Assembly: GCA_963716255.1 (NCBI GenBank)
Contig: OY970303.1
Location: 5,632,001 to 5,696,000 of the forward strand
Source of the DNA: an uncultured Gemmatimonadales bacterium
Lineage (GTDB): Bacteria; Gemmatimonadota; Gemmatimonadetes; Longimicrobiales; Longimicrobiaceae
Direction of reading: 5' to 3'
DNA length: 64,000 nucleotides
Translations under genes and position numbers: made by a program
The notes under the pieces: model-generated
Database searches by the model: none
What the model was told of the DNA's origin: nothing
Seen by the model: only the letters and a program-made list of their open reading frames with translations
In this document: one piece after another, positions 53,720 through 63,814 of the stretch
Numbering within the stretch: position 1 is the stretch's first letter
Layout: each line of letters begins with the position of its first letter

Positions 53720-54262
53720 TTACTGGCGATGCCCACCCACGAGATATCCGGAAAAGTGAGATAGACGGGCGCTCACCGTGGCGCCGCTCCGGTTCGAATC
53801 GCTCGGGAGAACTTCCAGAACCGAACCGGAAGGCGCTACGTAGAGTACCGCGAGCCGGTTGTACTGCTCGGTCGGGACGTCGCCGTAGTCGATCGTCAGC
53901 AGGGGACCGTTCCCGGCAGGGAAGTGCAGGCCTTCCGGCTGCAGGTCCACGCCCACGTAGCGGGTGTCCACCGTGGCGCTGATCCTGGTGGGGGCGCCGA
54001 GCGCTCCGGCCGGGAAGGTCAGCTTGTGCCCGCCGGGGATCTCCAGCGTTCCCCCTTCCGGCCCGATCACCTTGTCCGCACGCACGGCGCTGGCCTGGAT
54101 CCCGGTGGATCCGACGGCTTCCGGAAGCTCGAGCTTCTGGAAGTCGAGGACGGCATCCAGCCCCGCGTTGCTCGTGGGGGCCTGCTCGGTGCATCCACCG
54201 ATCGTGATGAGGATTCCGGCGGTGATCGCCGACAGGGCTGCACGCACGCGAAGCTTGGCCAT
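53720..54262 (-). CDS. Lipoprotein with a ZU5-like beta domain ending in an HFS motif
   Basis: ITIGGC lipobox; IGPEGGTL...LTFPAGAL...LSHFSGY. Confidence 0.78.
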   Translation of the reverse strand: MAKLRVRAALSAITAGILITIGGCTEQAPTSNAGLDAVLDFQKLELPEAVGSTGIQASAVRADKVIGPEGGTLEIPGGHKLTFPAGALGAPTRISATVDTRYVGVDLQPEGLHFPAGNGPLLTIDYGDVPTEQYNRLAVLYVAPSGSVLEVLPSDSNRSGATVSARLSHFSGYLVGGHRQ

Positions 54263-54409
54263 TCAGGCCTCCGTCAGGGGTGTGGTGATGGGGGAGGGAG
54301 GCGCCCAGAAAAAAGAGGAGCCCGGACGCGCCACCATTAAAGATCGTGTGGCAACACGTTAGCGAGCTCCGTCCACTGTGTCAATACTTTTCCCGCCAGA
54401 GACTAACAC

Positions 54410-54784
54410 CTAGTGGTGCGCCGAGCTTCCCGCCACACGGAAAAGGTGGTTAAACGTCGCGACGATGGCGCCCAGCCCGGCGATGGTGAGGAAGAAGCCG
54501 ACCAGCGAGTACCCCACGGCGGCGCCGTCCTGGTCGATGGCGCCCCACCGGCTCGCATTGGTGATGGAGAGCGCGGCCAGGGCCAGCAGCATGACCCCCA
54601 GCCCGCCGCCGACCGCCATCAGAACCATCTTGCTCATCTCGCCTCCCCCGGCGCCCGGCCGCTCGTAGTCATCGTTTCCGACGCTCCGGCCGGGGAGAAA
54701 GCCCCGGTCCCCCGCGCCGAACCAGTCCTTGTAGCGCCCGCGGACCGTGCCGAAGGTGCCCTCGCTGCCGGTGTTCGTCTTCAT
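54410..54784 (-). CDS. Small membrane protein (2 TM)
   Basis: ATGA overlap with the cytochrome c stop; alternative start 54637. Confidence 0.65.
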   Translation of the reverse strand: MKTNTGSEGTFGTVRGRYKDWFGAGDRGFLPGRSVGNDDYERPGAGGGEMSKMVLMAVGGGLGVMLLALAALSITNASRWGAIDQDGAAVGYSLVGFFLTIAGLGAIVATFNHLFRVAGSSAHH

Positions 54785-55305
54785 GCCCCGCCCCCCTGGT
54801 GGCTCAGTGCGTAGACGTACGCCGCGAGCGCGCGGATCTGCGGGTCCGTGAAGCTGCCGCCGCCCTTGGGGGGCATCGCGCCGGGGTGCTCCTTGGGGTT
54901 GGGAACGCCGCTGGTGATGATCTGCACGATCTCCGGGTACTGCCCGCCGATGTTGATCCACTGGTTGTCGTTCAGGGCGGGCGCGGCGGCGCCCCCGGTC
55001 CCGTTCGCCGCGTGGCAGGCCACGCACACCGTGCCGTACGCCTGCTGGCCCTCGTCCACCATGGCCTGCGTCACCCCCGCGGGGAGGTTGGTCGCCACCA
55101 GCTTGGTCACCGCGGCGCTCTGGCCGATCCCGGCGATCACGCGCGGGGGCGCCGGGAAGTCGGGCGGCGGCAGCTCCTCCTGCTCGCGGTGCGTCACCTT
55201 GTCGTAGCCGCCCTCCGGCAGACAGGCCGAGAGGGCGAAGAGCAGCGCCGGGGCCGCGCACACCACCGGGACCAGTCTCGCCCGGGCCCGAACCGCCTGT
55301 CGCAT
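54781..55305 (-). CDS. Monoheme cytochrome c lipoprotein
   Basis: LSAC lipobox, CVACH, AMPPKGG. Confidence 0.92.
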   Translation of the reverse strand: MRQAVRARARLVPVVCAAPALLFALSACLPEGGYDKVTHREQEELPPPDFPAPPRVIAGIGQSAAVTKLVATNLPAGVTQAMVDEGQQAYGTVCVACHAANGTGGAAAPALNDNQWINIGGQYPEIVQIITSGVPNPKEHPGAMPPKGGGSFTDPQIRALAAYVYALSHQGGGA

Positions 55306-55457
55306 GCGTCTTCTCCTTTGGTATCCACGTCGCCAGCCGCACCGGCCGTCGCGCGGGCGCCGCCCGGCGGTGCCGGGCTCGCGGGCGCGGGGGTACGGTC
55401 AGAATCCGGGGTAAAAGAACGTGCGCCCGCCTATCCCGCAAGGGGGAGGCCGCGCGC

Positions 55458-55910
55458 TCAGGAGTCCTGCGCCGCGGCTTCGCGCGCGGCCCTCTTGAGC
55501 CGCTCCACCATGGCGTTGAGCCCCACTTCGCGCGTCCCCAGCCCGATCTTGCTCATCACCTGCCGCACGAAGTCGGGAGGGATGGCGAGGGTGGTCTGCG
55601 GCGGCTCGCCGTTGAGCGCCCCGAAGAGCATGGCGAGGAGGGCACGGATGGTGGGGGCGCCCTGCGGCACGTCGGCGTAGAAGTACATCTTCCCGTCCTG
55701 CACCTCCGAAAAGAGGGCGACCGGGGTCAGGCACTCGTGCACGCGGTGCTCCTCCGGGTCCAGAGCCCGGAAGCGCTCGGGGAGCGGAGGCAGCTTGTGC
55801 GCGTACTGCACCAGCGCCTGCGTCGCCATCTCCCGGCTCAGGGTGGAGAAGCGGTTCAGCAGCTTCTGGATCCCGGCGGGGACCTGGGAGGGCGGGGACG
55901 TGTCGGTCAT
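55458..55910 (-). CDS. sufE: SufE family protein
   Basis: KLPPLP, RVHECLTPV, APTIR, GLNAM. Confidence 0.85.
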   Translation of the reverse strand: MTDTSPPSQVPAGIQKLLNRFSTLSREMATQALVQYAHKLPPLPERFRALDPEEHRVHECLTPVALFSEVQDGKMYFYADVPQGAPTIRALLAMLFGALNGEPPQTTLAIPPDFVRQVMSKIGLGTREVGLNAMVERLKRAAREAAAQDS

Positions 55911-56053
55911 GCGCGGGTCGCTCCGGGTGGCTCGTGTATGCAGCAAATATAGGCGGGGGGAGCCCGCGCCGCGACCACCCCGGGAGCGCAAAAAGAAGGC
56001 GGGCGGCCCCCGGTAGGGAGCCGCCCGCCGCCTGGAGCGTGCCGCGCCGCGCG

Positions 56054-57388
56054 TCAGATCCTGGGGATGCTGAGCTGGTGCTTGGCGTTGATCGCGTCGA
56101 CGAGCAGGTTGGCGATCACCACGTGCGCCTCGGACGACGGGTGGAACCCGTCGAACGAGATCAGCGACCCGAAGAAGTTGGGCGCCGCGAAGCCCGTGGT
56201 CGTCACCGGGCAGGAGGTGAGCACCGCGGTCTGGATCGTGGCCGCGCTGCCGGTCGCGAGCGCCGCCGGGAGCGCCTGGCACTTGCGCAGCCGCTGGTAG
56301 CGGCCCTGCGCGTCGCGCTCGGCGGAGAGCGTGGCGAGGATCGTGTTGGGATCCACGTAGATCCACCCGTTGGCCTGCGCGCGCTGCTGGAGCGCCGTGT
56401 TGAAGGCCGTCGTCCGGGCGGCGACGGCCGCCTGCTCCGTCACGTCCAGAAGGAGCGCGCCTCGGCGGGGGTCGCCCACGGGGTACGCGGCCGGGTCGCA
56501 GTTGAACTCCGGCAGGCTGGTGTTGGACACCACCTGGAAGGACAGCAGGTTCTGGCTCAGCGGGTTGGGCTGGCCCAGCGCGTTGACCGGCGAGCAGTTG
56601 GCGTTGACCGGCTTGCCCTGGAAGCGGCCGGCCGCGTCGCGCCCCAGGAAGAAGAAGGCGCCCGGCTGCAGCAGCGGGACCACGTTGGCGTTCACCACGC
56701 CGATCACCACCACGTCCTGGAGGGTGGGGATGGCCTTCAGCCCGGCGACGATCTGGTCCAGCGACGCGTTGAAGCTGGCCTCGGTGGTCAGCGCGGCGGC
56801 GTTGCCCGCCAGCACGGCGCCCAGCACGTCGTTGTTCCCCAGCCACATGGAGACCAGCGTGGGCTCCGCGCGCTGGGTGGCTTCCAGCATGCTCTGGCCG
56901 CCCAGGAAGAAGAACTGCAGGCGGTTGAAGGTGCCGGTGGCGTCGTTGCTGCGCGTCACCGTCAGCGCGTCGCCGATCACCGCGCCCGGGACCGCCACGT
57001 TCTGCACCACCGGCGCCACGGGGTTGGAGCGCAGCGAGCAGGGCGGCGCCGTGGCGCCGCCCAGCGACCCCGTGGTCCCGAGCGGGGCGAGGAAGGGGGG
57101 CGGGCACCCCGGCTTGTTGAGGAGCGGGACGTAGAACTGCGCGTTCGCCTGCTGCGCCAGCAGCACCGGGTACGCGCGCACCTGGGTGGAGTCGTTGATC
57201 CCGGCGGACTGGAAGCCGGCGGTGATGGAGTTCCCCATCGACACGTACCGGCCGAACAGGTCGCCGCCCAGCTGGGGGCCGACGATCTGGCGGATGTCCT
57301 GGTCGTCGGCGCGGCACCCCGCCACGAGCGGCAGGCCGGCCAGCGCGAGCGCCAGGGCGCGGAGCTTGGAGCGTCTCATGTATGGCAT
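56054..57388 (-). CDS. SGNH/GDSL hydrolase lipoprotein
   Basis: LVAGC lipobox; GNSITAG, WLGNNDV, DGFHP. Confidence 0.9.
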   Translation of the reverse strand: MPYMRRSKLRALALALAGLPLVAGCRADDQDIRQIVGPQLGGDLFGRYVSMGNSITAGFQSAGINDSTQVRAYPVLLAQQANAQFYVPLLNKPGCPPPFLAPLGTTGSLGGATAPPCSLRSNPVAPVVQNVAVPGAVIGDALTVTRSNDATGTFNRLQFFFLGGQSMLEATQRAEPTLVSMWLGNNDVLGAVLAGNAAALTTEASFNASLDQIVAGLKAIPTLQDVVVIGVVNANVVPLLQPGAFFFLGRDAAGRFQGKPVNANCSPVNALGQPNPLSQNLLSFQVVSNTSLPEFNCDPAAYPVGDPRRGALLLDVTEQAAVAARTTAFNTALQQRAQANGWIYVDPNTILATLSAERDAQGRYQRLRKCQALPAALATGSAATIQTAVLTSCPVTTTGFAAPNFFGSLISFDGFHPSSEAHVVIANLLVDAINAKHQLSIPRI

Positions 57389-57419
57389 CTCCCGTGATTG
57401 ATTCGCGACGCGTCTATGG

Positions 57420-58835
57420 TCAGCGGCTGCCGCCGAAGCGGTAGGAGAGCGTCACGTTGAAGACGCTCGCGTCCGCGTGGTACACCCCGACGTTGAGCTG
57501 CTGCGGCGTCTGGGCGAGGCTGCTCCGGCCGCGCACGCGGCCGCGGCGGTCCGCCTGGTCGATGAACTGGTAGCCCAGGTCCACCCCGAGCCCCATGGGG
57601 AGCCGGTAGCCGATGCCGGCCGAGTAGTAGTTGCGCTCGGCCTCCGGGATGAGCGGCGACACCGAGGCGGCCGTTTCCGCGGCGGTGTTGAAGATGAAGC
57701 CCGCCCGCAGCGCCAGCGCGTCCGTTGCGCCGAACTCGCCGCCGAAGCGGAAGGTGTTGGTGTTCTGGTAGTCCAGGATCAGCACCTGGTCCGGGCTGGA
57801 GGCGTTGTCGAACCCGATGGTGGCCTGGTCGAAGTCCTCCCAGGTGGTCCACTGGTAGTCGGCGAGCACCGTCAGGCGGTCCAGCGGGCGGAAGGCGATG
57901 CCCAGGACCAGCTGCGCCGGGAGCGTCAGCGTGGTGGCGATGTCGCCGTCCACCAGCGCGCCGGACACGAACTGCGAGGCGATCAGCGCGTCCACCGGGG
58001 CGCCCGCGGGCCCGTTCAGCGGGTTGCCGGCCGGAAGCGTCAGGCCGGTGGCCACCGGGGTGAAGTCCGCGTCGCCGTCGTAGTCGATCTCGGCGCTGTG
58101 CATGTAGCGCACGCCCAGCGACACCCGGTCGTTGACCCGGGCGGTGGCGCCCAGGTTGAAGGTGATGCCGGTGCCGTCGCCCGACAGCTTGACGTCCGCG
58201 AAGTCGGTGCCGCTGGGGACGCCCAGGTTGCCGAAGGTGATCGCCTGCCCCGGCACCGTGAGGGTGGCCAGGTCGGCGCGCTGGTTGATGTCCAGCGACG
58301 CCATCACCACGTCCAGCCCGGCGCCCAGCGACAGCCACGGCGTGGCCTGGAAGGCCACCGTGGGCTGGATGTAGATGTTCTTGAGCTGCGTGTGGTAGCT
58401 GACGTAGCGGCCCTCGAAGTTGACGTCGTCGCAGCGGGGCGTTTCCACGTCGCAGACCGGCCACTCCGAGGTGAGCCCGTACGGGTTGAAGGCCCCGATC
58501 CCGGCCGCGAAGCGCTGGCCCAGGCGGAACGAGGCGAACCCGAACGGCACCGACGCGGTGGATTCGTCGCGCTCGATCCTTTCCCCGGTGACGTCGTAGG
58601 TGAAGCTTCCCCCGGTGTGGATTCCCGTCCACCCCAGACCGACCACGCTCGGCTGGTTGGCGATGCCGGCGGGATTGAAGAGGATGGCCGACCCGTCATC
58701 GCACGGGCGCGCCACCCCCGCGGCACCCATCGAGGTGGCGCACGAGGAGTGGGTCTGGACCGCCGACCCCTGCGCGTGCGCGGACGCGGCGGACAGGGCC
58801 AGGGCGGCACCCGCGACAACAAGACTTCGTCTCAT
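57420..58835 (-). CDS. FadL/OmpP1 outer-membrane long-chain fatty acid transporter
   Basis: Signal peptide; DGSAILFNPAG, NPYGL, C-terminal LSYRF; paired with the SGNH gene. Confidence 0.9.
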   Translation of the reverse strand: MRRSLVVAGAALALSAASAHAQGSAVQTHSSCATSMGAAGVARPCDDGSAILFNPAGIANQPSVVGLGWTGIHTGGSFTYDVTGERIERDESTASVPFGFASFRLGQRFAAGIGAFNPYGLTSEWPVCDVETPRCDDVNFEGRYVSYHTQLKNIYIQPTVAFQATPWLSLGAGLDVVMASLDINQRADLATLTVPGQAITFGNLGVPSGTDFADVKLSGDGTGITFNLGATARVNDRVSLGVRYMHSAEIDYDGDADFTPVATGLTLPAGNPLNGPAGAPVDALIASQFVSGALVDGDIATTLTLPAQLVLGIAFRPLDRLTVLADYQWTTWEDFDQATIGFDNASSPDQVLILDYQNTNTFRFGGEFGATDALALRAGFIFNTAAETAASVSPLIPEAERNYYSAGIGYRLPMGLGVDLGYQFIDQADRRGRVRGRSSLAQTPQQLNVGVYHADASVFNVTLSYRFGGSR

Positions 58836-59041
58836 ACGACTCTCCTGCTCGGATAGGAGGGGTGGAGCGGCCCGGGGGAGGCGCCGCGGGACGGGGATCG
58901 CCGGAAGTAAAAGGGAAGTGTAAAAAGTTTCCCCGCCAGGAGGAGCACGATACTGCCCCGCCGGGGCAGGGTCAAGGCGAGACGCCCACCGAAAACCCCG
59001 CGGCGCGCCTGGAAAAATCGCCCGCCGGGACTGAGCCGGGC

Positions 59042-59317
59042 TCAGTGGGTCGCCGCCACCACCAGCGTCCCGATCGCGTTCACCAGCGCCACCGTGTTCG
59101 CCGCGACGAAGATGCGGTTCCCGAGGCGCACGCTGTACACCAGGAAGAGCAGGCTTGCCAGCGTCTGCATGGCAAAGAATAGCGGATCCACCTGGCCGGG
59201 GCCGTCCACCAGGGCGCGCACGAAGGTGTAGGTGAGCGACCCCGCGAGCGCGAGGCAGGCGATCCATCCGGTCACCTGTACGGACCTGCGGTCCGAGGTG
59301 CGGCGCTTCGGGGGCAT
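59042..59317 (-). CDS. Small 3-TM membrane protein (SemiSWEET-like pattern)
   Basis: Three hydrophobic segments; LFLVYSVRLGNRIFVAAN. Confidence 0.65.
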   Translation of the reverse strand: MPPKRRTSDRRSVQVTGWIACLALAGSLTYTFVRALVDGPGQVDPLFFAMQTLASLLFLVYSVRLGNRIFVAANTVALVNAIGTLVVAATH

Positions 59318-59443
59318 GGTACTCCGTGGGGGCGGTCCCCGGCGCCACCCCGTCCGGGGCGCGGGCCATGGAACCGTTTCTGCATCCGGGCCGGGTGCGT
59401 TCTTCAGGGTTCGTGCCACGGACGTTTCTTCGCGGGGGCGGGA

Positions 59444-59794
59444 ATGGCACCGGAAGAGGTGGAAGCGACCTTCGTCGCCGCGGCAAAGGCGCTCAGCCTG
59501 GTGTGGCTCACCGAGCCGTCCGGGCGCTACCGGATCGTGGAGCCGCACATGGTGTTCGTGTCCACCACCGGCAAGCGGCTGCTGCACTGCTACCAGATCG
59601 GCGGATACAGCTCCGGCGGGATCCTGCGCGGCTGGAAGAACCTGGAGCCCGGGGCGCTCGACGGGGCCCAGGTCGTGGACCAGCCGTTCTCGCCGCGGGC
59701 GGAATACAATCCCTTCAACGAGGAGATGTTCCCGGACGTCGTGTTCGCGGTCTCGACGCCGGACGGGCGGCAGCGGATTCCCAACATCGACTGA
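59444..59794 (+). CDS. Small hypothetical protein, possibly WYL-like
   Basis: RIVEPHMV...LHCYQIGG...GWKNL. Confidence 0.7.
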   Translation: MAPEEVEATFVAAAKALSLVWLTEPSGRYRIVEPHMVFVSTTGKRLLHCYQIGGYSSGGILRGWKNLEPGALDGAQVVDQPFSPRAEYNPFNEEMFPDVVFAVSTPDGRQRIPNID

Positions 59795-59822
59795 ATGGGG
59801 GCGGGGCGGGATGGGCGGGGGA

Positions 59823-59949
59823 GGCCGCTCCGGAACCAGGCCAAACTGCCGGCCTGTTTCCTACGCGGGCTGCGGGAGCCCCGGGAAACTGCCTCCGGGT
59901 CTCCCTACGCCGGAGGGAGCCTCGCCAAACAGCCGGCGAGTCTCCCTCC
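59823..59949. repeat. Repeat family B, copy 4
   Basis: Direct match to copy 3. Confidence 0.85.
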
Positions 59950-60009
59950 GTGGCAGAATGGGGGAACGGTGGGGAACTGCGCCCGTTCCTCGGCTTCGTC
60001 GCGTCCGTC

Positions 60010-60744
60010 TCAGCCTCCCGGAACCGCCGGCCGGTCGGCGTGGAGCCCGGCGAGCGGGTCGCGCCCGCGGAGCGTGCCGTAGCTGCGCAGGAAGCGGAAG
60101 CGGGCGAACAGTTCCTCCGCGTACCATCCCTCCTCGCGGGTGCGGCGGACGGTCTCGACGTGGGCGGGGGTGCGGTAGGCCCAGGCCCGCATGGCCGCGG
60201 AGGTCCGCCACACGCTCAGCGTCCCCTGCCGCAGCCAGGGCACCTCGCCGAAGCCGAAGGTGGCGAGCAGGTCGCGCTCCCCGCGCAGCGTGTCGTCCAC
60301 CGGCGCCACCCGCGACCAGAAGCGCAGGGCGCGCGCGGGGCGGATGGTCGCACGGGTCAGCACGGCCACCGGCTCGTCGTCGGCGATGCGCGCGCCCGGC
60401 GAGCCAAGCCCGAAGGGCTCCACGCCGCCCCAGCGGCCGTGGTGGCCGGCCGGGGCGAGGAGGACGGAGTACACCTCCTCGCGCGCGTCGTGGCGCCGCA
60501 TCAGCCGCGACCCGCCGCGGAAGCGCTCCCAGGCGTCCTCCGACTCCCACGAAGCGAAGAGCGCCCAGCCGCGCAGGTCCGGCTTCGCGCTGAAGCCGAT
60601 GCCGCTCCCCGTCCCCATCGCCCTGGCAAAGCGCAGCCCCGGCGTGCGGGCCAGGGCCGGCGCGTCCGTCGCCACCCGCGCGGCCCCCAGCACCGCCCGC
60701 GCGGCGGAGTACCGCACCACCGTGAGGGTGGCGACCCCGCTCAC
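60010..60744 (-). CDS. Spheroidene monooxygenase (CrtA)-like protein
   Basis: PGLRF..MGTGSGIGFS, PVAVLTRATIR, GEVPWLRQGT, WYAEELFARF; GTGA overlap with the SCO gene. Confidence 0.8.
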   Translation of the reverse strand: MSGVATLTVVRYSAARAVLGAARVATDAPALARTPGLRFARAMGTGSGIGFSAKPDLRGWALFASWESEDAWERFRGGSRLMRRHDAREEVYSVLLAPAGHHGRWGGVEPFGLGSPGARIADDEPVAVLTRATIRPARALRFWSRVAPVDDTLRGERDLLATFGFGEVPWLRQGTLSVWRTSAAMRAWAYRTPAHVETVRRTREEGWYAEELFARFRFLRSYGTLRGRDPLAGLHADRPAVPGG

Positions 60745-61343
60745 AGGGAGAGCAGCGCGCGCACGTCGTCGCGAACGGCCTCGTCGCCGGCCTCGGGGGG
60801 GATGACGACGACCAGCCGGCCGCGCCGGTCGATGCCGTAGACCACGGAGCTGTGCGTCATGCCGTGGTGCCCGCCCTGCATGCTGTACACGCCGTATCCC
60901 CTGTACGCCCGCGCGAGAGAGGCGCTGTCCCCGGTGAGGCCGGCGGCGCGCGGGGTGAAGCGCTTCACGTAGGCCGCCAGCGCGGCGGGGGTGTCGCGCG
61001 CGGGGTCCACGGTCGCGAGCAGCACCTGCACGTTGTCCGCCCGCCGGCCCAGCCCCTCCGTGACGCGCGCCAGCTTGGACAGCGTCAGCGGGCACACGTC
61101 CGGGCAGTGCGTGAAGCCGAAGAACAGGAGGACCACCCTGCCGCGGTAGTCGTCCAGCGTCACCCTGCGCCCGGTGTGGTCCACCAGCGCAAAGGGCGGC
61201 GCCGGCGTCACCTCGTCGTAGGTGGTCCCGTGAAAGGTCGGCGGCCGGCCGGCGAGCAGGTACCCCGCGCCGCCCAGGCCCAGGGCGGCCGCGAGCAGGA
61301 AGAGGGCGAGCACGATCCGGCCGGGGCGTTGCGACGACGACAT
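60741..61343 (-). CDS. SCO1/SenC family protein
   Basis: FGFTHCPDVCP, VDPARDT, THS. Confidence 0.93.
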   Translation of the reverse strand: MSSSQRPGRIVLALFLLAAALGLGGAGYLLAGRPPTFHGTTYDEVTPAPPFALVDHTGRRVTLDDYRGRVVLLFFGFTHCPDVCPLTLSKLARVTEGLGRRADNVQVLLATVDPARDTPAALAAYVKRFTPRAAGLTGDSASLARAYRGYGVYSMQGGHHGMTHSSVVYGIDRRGRLVVVIPPEAGDEAVRDDVRALLSL

Positions 61344-61598
61344 CGAGGGAACAGGGAACAGGGTGGTAACGGTGCACCCGCAGCGTGCAGCGGCACAGGG
61401 AACGGCCTGCAAGGACGACGGCGCGTCGGCAGGCTCGTCCGGAGGTCGAATGTAACCCCGGGGGCGCGGATCCTGCCACGCCCGCGGCGGCCCGCCCGGG
61501 TGTCGCTTGTCGCCCCCGGGGACGGCGGTTACGTTGGCGGTCCCCTCCAGGGGGAGGGCGGACGCGGCGTGGGCCTGGACCTGAAACGGAGGGCGACG

Positions 61599-62420
61599 AT
61601 GGAGCGGGTGGAGCTGGAGCGGGCGGTCGGCGCGGCGTACGCGGACCGGGAGCGGCTGAAGGAGCGGGAGGCGGCGCAGGCGGTCATGGAGACCATCGAC
61701 CTGCTGGACCGCGGGGAGGTGCGCGTGGCCGAGAAGGCCGGCGGCGAGTGGCGGGTGAACACGTGGGTCAAGGAAGCCATCCTCCTGTACTTCGCCCTGC
61801 GGCCGCTGGAGCCCATGGACGCGGGCGTGCTGCACTTCTACGACAAGATCCCGGTCAAGACCGACCTCCGGGCGCAGGGGATCCGCGTGGTGCCGCCCGG
61901 GGTGGCGCGCTACGGCTCGTTCCTGGAGCCGGGGGCCATCCTGATGCCCGGCTACGTCAACATCGGCGCGTACGTGGGCGCCGGGACCATGGTGGACACG
62001 TGGGCCACGGTGGGCTCCTGCGCGCAGGTGGGCAGGGACGTGCACCTCGCCGGCGGAGTGGGGATCGGCGGCGTGCTGGAGCCCCCGCAGGCCACCCCCA
62101 CGATCATCGAGGACGGCGCCTTCATCGGCTCCCGCTGCGTGGTGGTGGAGGGCGTGGTGGTGGAGGAGGAGGCGGTGCTGGGCGCCGGCGTGGTGCTCAC
62201 CGCGTCCACCCAGGTCGTGGACGTGACCGGCCCCGAGCCGGTGGTCACCCGGGGCCGTATCCCCGCGCGCTCCGTGGTCATCCCCGGCTCCCGTCCAAAG
62301 GAGTTCCCGGCGGGGACCTTCCACGTGCCGTGCGCGCTGATCGTGGGGCAGCGTCAGGAATCCACCGACCGGAAAACGTCGCTCAACGACGTCCTCCGCA
62401 CCTTCGACGTGCAGGTCTGA
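61599..62420 (+). CDS. dapD: Tetrahydrodipicolinate N-succinyltransferase
   Basis: WVKEAILLYF, DKIP, RVVPP, MVDTWATVGSCAQ, GGVLEP. Confidence 0.96.
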   Translation: MERVELERAVGAAYADRERLKEREAAQAVMETIDLLDRGEVRVAEKAGGEWRVNTWVKEAILLYFALRPLEPMDAGVLHFYDKIPVKTDLRAQGIRVVPPGVARYGSFLEPGAILMPGYVNIGAYVGAGTMVDTWATVGSCAQVGRDVHLAGGVGIGGVLEPPQATPTIIEDGAFIGSRCVVVEGVVVEEEAVLGAGVVLTASTQVVDVTGPEPVVTRGRIPARSVVIPGSRPKEFPAGTFHVPCALIVGQRQESTDRKTSLNDVLRTFDVQV

Positions 62421-62425
62421 GGCGG

Positions 62426-63511
62426 ATGGGCGCGAGCGAGGACGGGACCGTGGCGGACGAGCTGGCGCGGCTCACCCTGGAGCTGTGCCGCATGCCCAGC
62501 GAGACGGGCGACGAGGCCCTCATCGCCGACTGGGTGGAGGCGCGCTGCCGCTCACTGGCGGGCCCCGGCGCGGTGCACCGCATCGGCCACTCGGTGGTGT
62601 GCGACCCCTTCGCCGGCGACCCGGCCGCGCCCGCGGCGGCGGTGGCGCTGGTGGGGCACCTGGACACGGTCAGGTGCGCCGAGGTGCAGGACTACGCCGT
62701 CCGCGACGGGCGGGTGTACGGCTGCGGCGCCAGCGACATGAAGGCGGGGGTGGCGGTGATGCTGGCGCTGCTGGACCGCTGGCGCGAGCTGCGCGGGCCG
62801 CGCCCCGTATGGATCCTCTACGACGCCGAGGAGGGGCCCTTCGAGGGGAACGGACTGGAGCCGGTGCTCACGAGCGGCGTCCTCCCGGAGATCGGCTTCG
62901 CATTCATCCTGGAGCCCACCGACCGCGCGCTCCAGCTGGGGTGCATGGGGGTGCTGAACGCCACGGTGTCCGTGCTGGGCACGCGCGCCCACTCCGCGCG
63001 CCCCTGGCAGGGCGAGAACGCCCTGTACCGCGCCCTGCCGCTGCTGGGGCGCTTCGCGGCGCTGGAGCGGCGCCCGGTGCGTTTCGGCGAGCTCACGTTC
63101 TACGAGGTGATGGGGGTGACGCAGGCCAGCACCGCCAACTCCAAGAACGTGGTGCCCGACGCGCTGACGCTCAACGTCAACGTCCGCTTCGCCCCGGGGC
63201 GCACCATGGAGGAGGCGGAGGAAGAGCTCCGCGCGCTGGTGGGCGACGACGGCGTGGTGGACGTGCGCGACCGCGCCCCCGCCGGCACCGTGCACCTGGA
63301 CCACCCGCTGCTGGCGCCCTGGCTCCGCGCCGAGGGCCTCCCTCTCCAGCCCAAGCAGGCGTGGACGGACGTGGCCCGCTTCACCTCGCGCGGCATTCCC
63401 GCCGTCAACTTCGGCCCGGGGGAGACGTCGCAGGCGCACCAGGCCAACGAGTGGTGTCCGGTGGGGTCGCTGGACTTCGTGTATTCCGCGCTGCGCCGAT
63501 TTTTTTCCTGA
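62426..63511 (+). CDS. dapE: Succinyl-diaminopimelate desuccinylase
   Basis: GHLDTV, GASDMKAG, AHSARPW, WTDVARF, NFGPG...AH; follows dapD. Confidence 0.9.
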   Translation: MGASEDGTVADELARLTLELCRMPSETGDEALIADWVEARCRSLAGPGAVHRIGHSVVCDPFAGDPAAPAAAVALVGHLDTVRCAEVQDYAVRDGRVYGCGASDMKAGVAVMLALLDRWRELRGPRPVWILYDAEEGPFEGNGLEPVLTSGVLPEIGFAFILEPTDRALQLGCMGVLNATVSVLGTRAHSARPWQGENALYRALPLLGRFAALERRPVRFGELTFYEVMGVTQASTANSKNVVPDALTLNVNVRFAPGRTMEEAEEELRALVGDDGVVDVRDRAPAGTVHLDHPLLAPWLRAEGLPLQPKQAWTDVARFTSRGIPAVNFGPGETSQAHQANEWCPVGSLDFVYSALRRFFS

Positions 63512-63541
63512 CCACGGGTTTTGGCGGAACTGCATTGAGCT

Positions 63542-63679
63542 GCGGGTTCGGGCGTGCCCCCGGCTGGCGCCGGGGTCGGGCTTCGGCTCCGTAAGCCCGC
63601 AAACAACGCGGGCTAACGGAGTCGAGCCCGCGCAAACAGCCGCGCGGTCTCGCCCCTTCGGGCCGAAATCCCTCACGCG
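63542..63679. repeat. Repeat family A, copy 9
   Basis: Nearly identical to copy 2. Confidence 0.95.
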
Positions 63680-63704
63680 GGTTTTGGGCTGGCGTCCGCT
63701 GGGG

Positions 63705-63807
63705 TCCCCTCCCCCGCAAGCGGGAGAGGGGGTCGAGCCTCGAGCGAGCCGGGTGAGGGCTGCCGTTGCTGTTGCAGGCTGTTCCCTGGTCCCTAATCCC
63801 TGTTCCC
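63705..63807. repeat. Family C REP-like element plus degenerate heptamer repeats
   Basis: CCCGCAAGCGGGAGAGGG..CGAGCCGGGTGAGGGC..GTTGCAGGCTGTTCCCTG, as at 39212-39302. Confidence 0.75.
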
Positions 63808-63814
63808 CGTCGTC

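Noticed and set aside
54740..54784. GSEGTFG at the start of the small membrane protein resembling the peptide cores
   Set aside because: No signal peptide, no upstream Arg and no GSG register; likely chance
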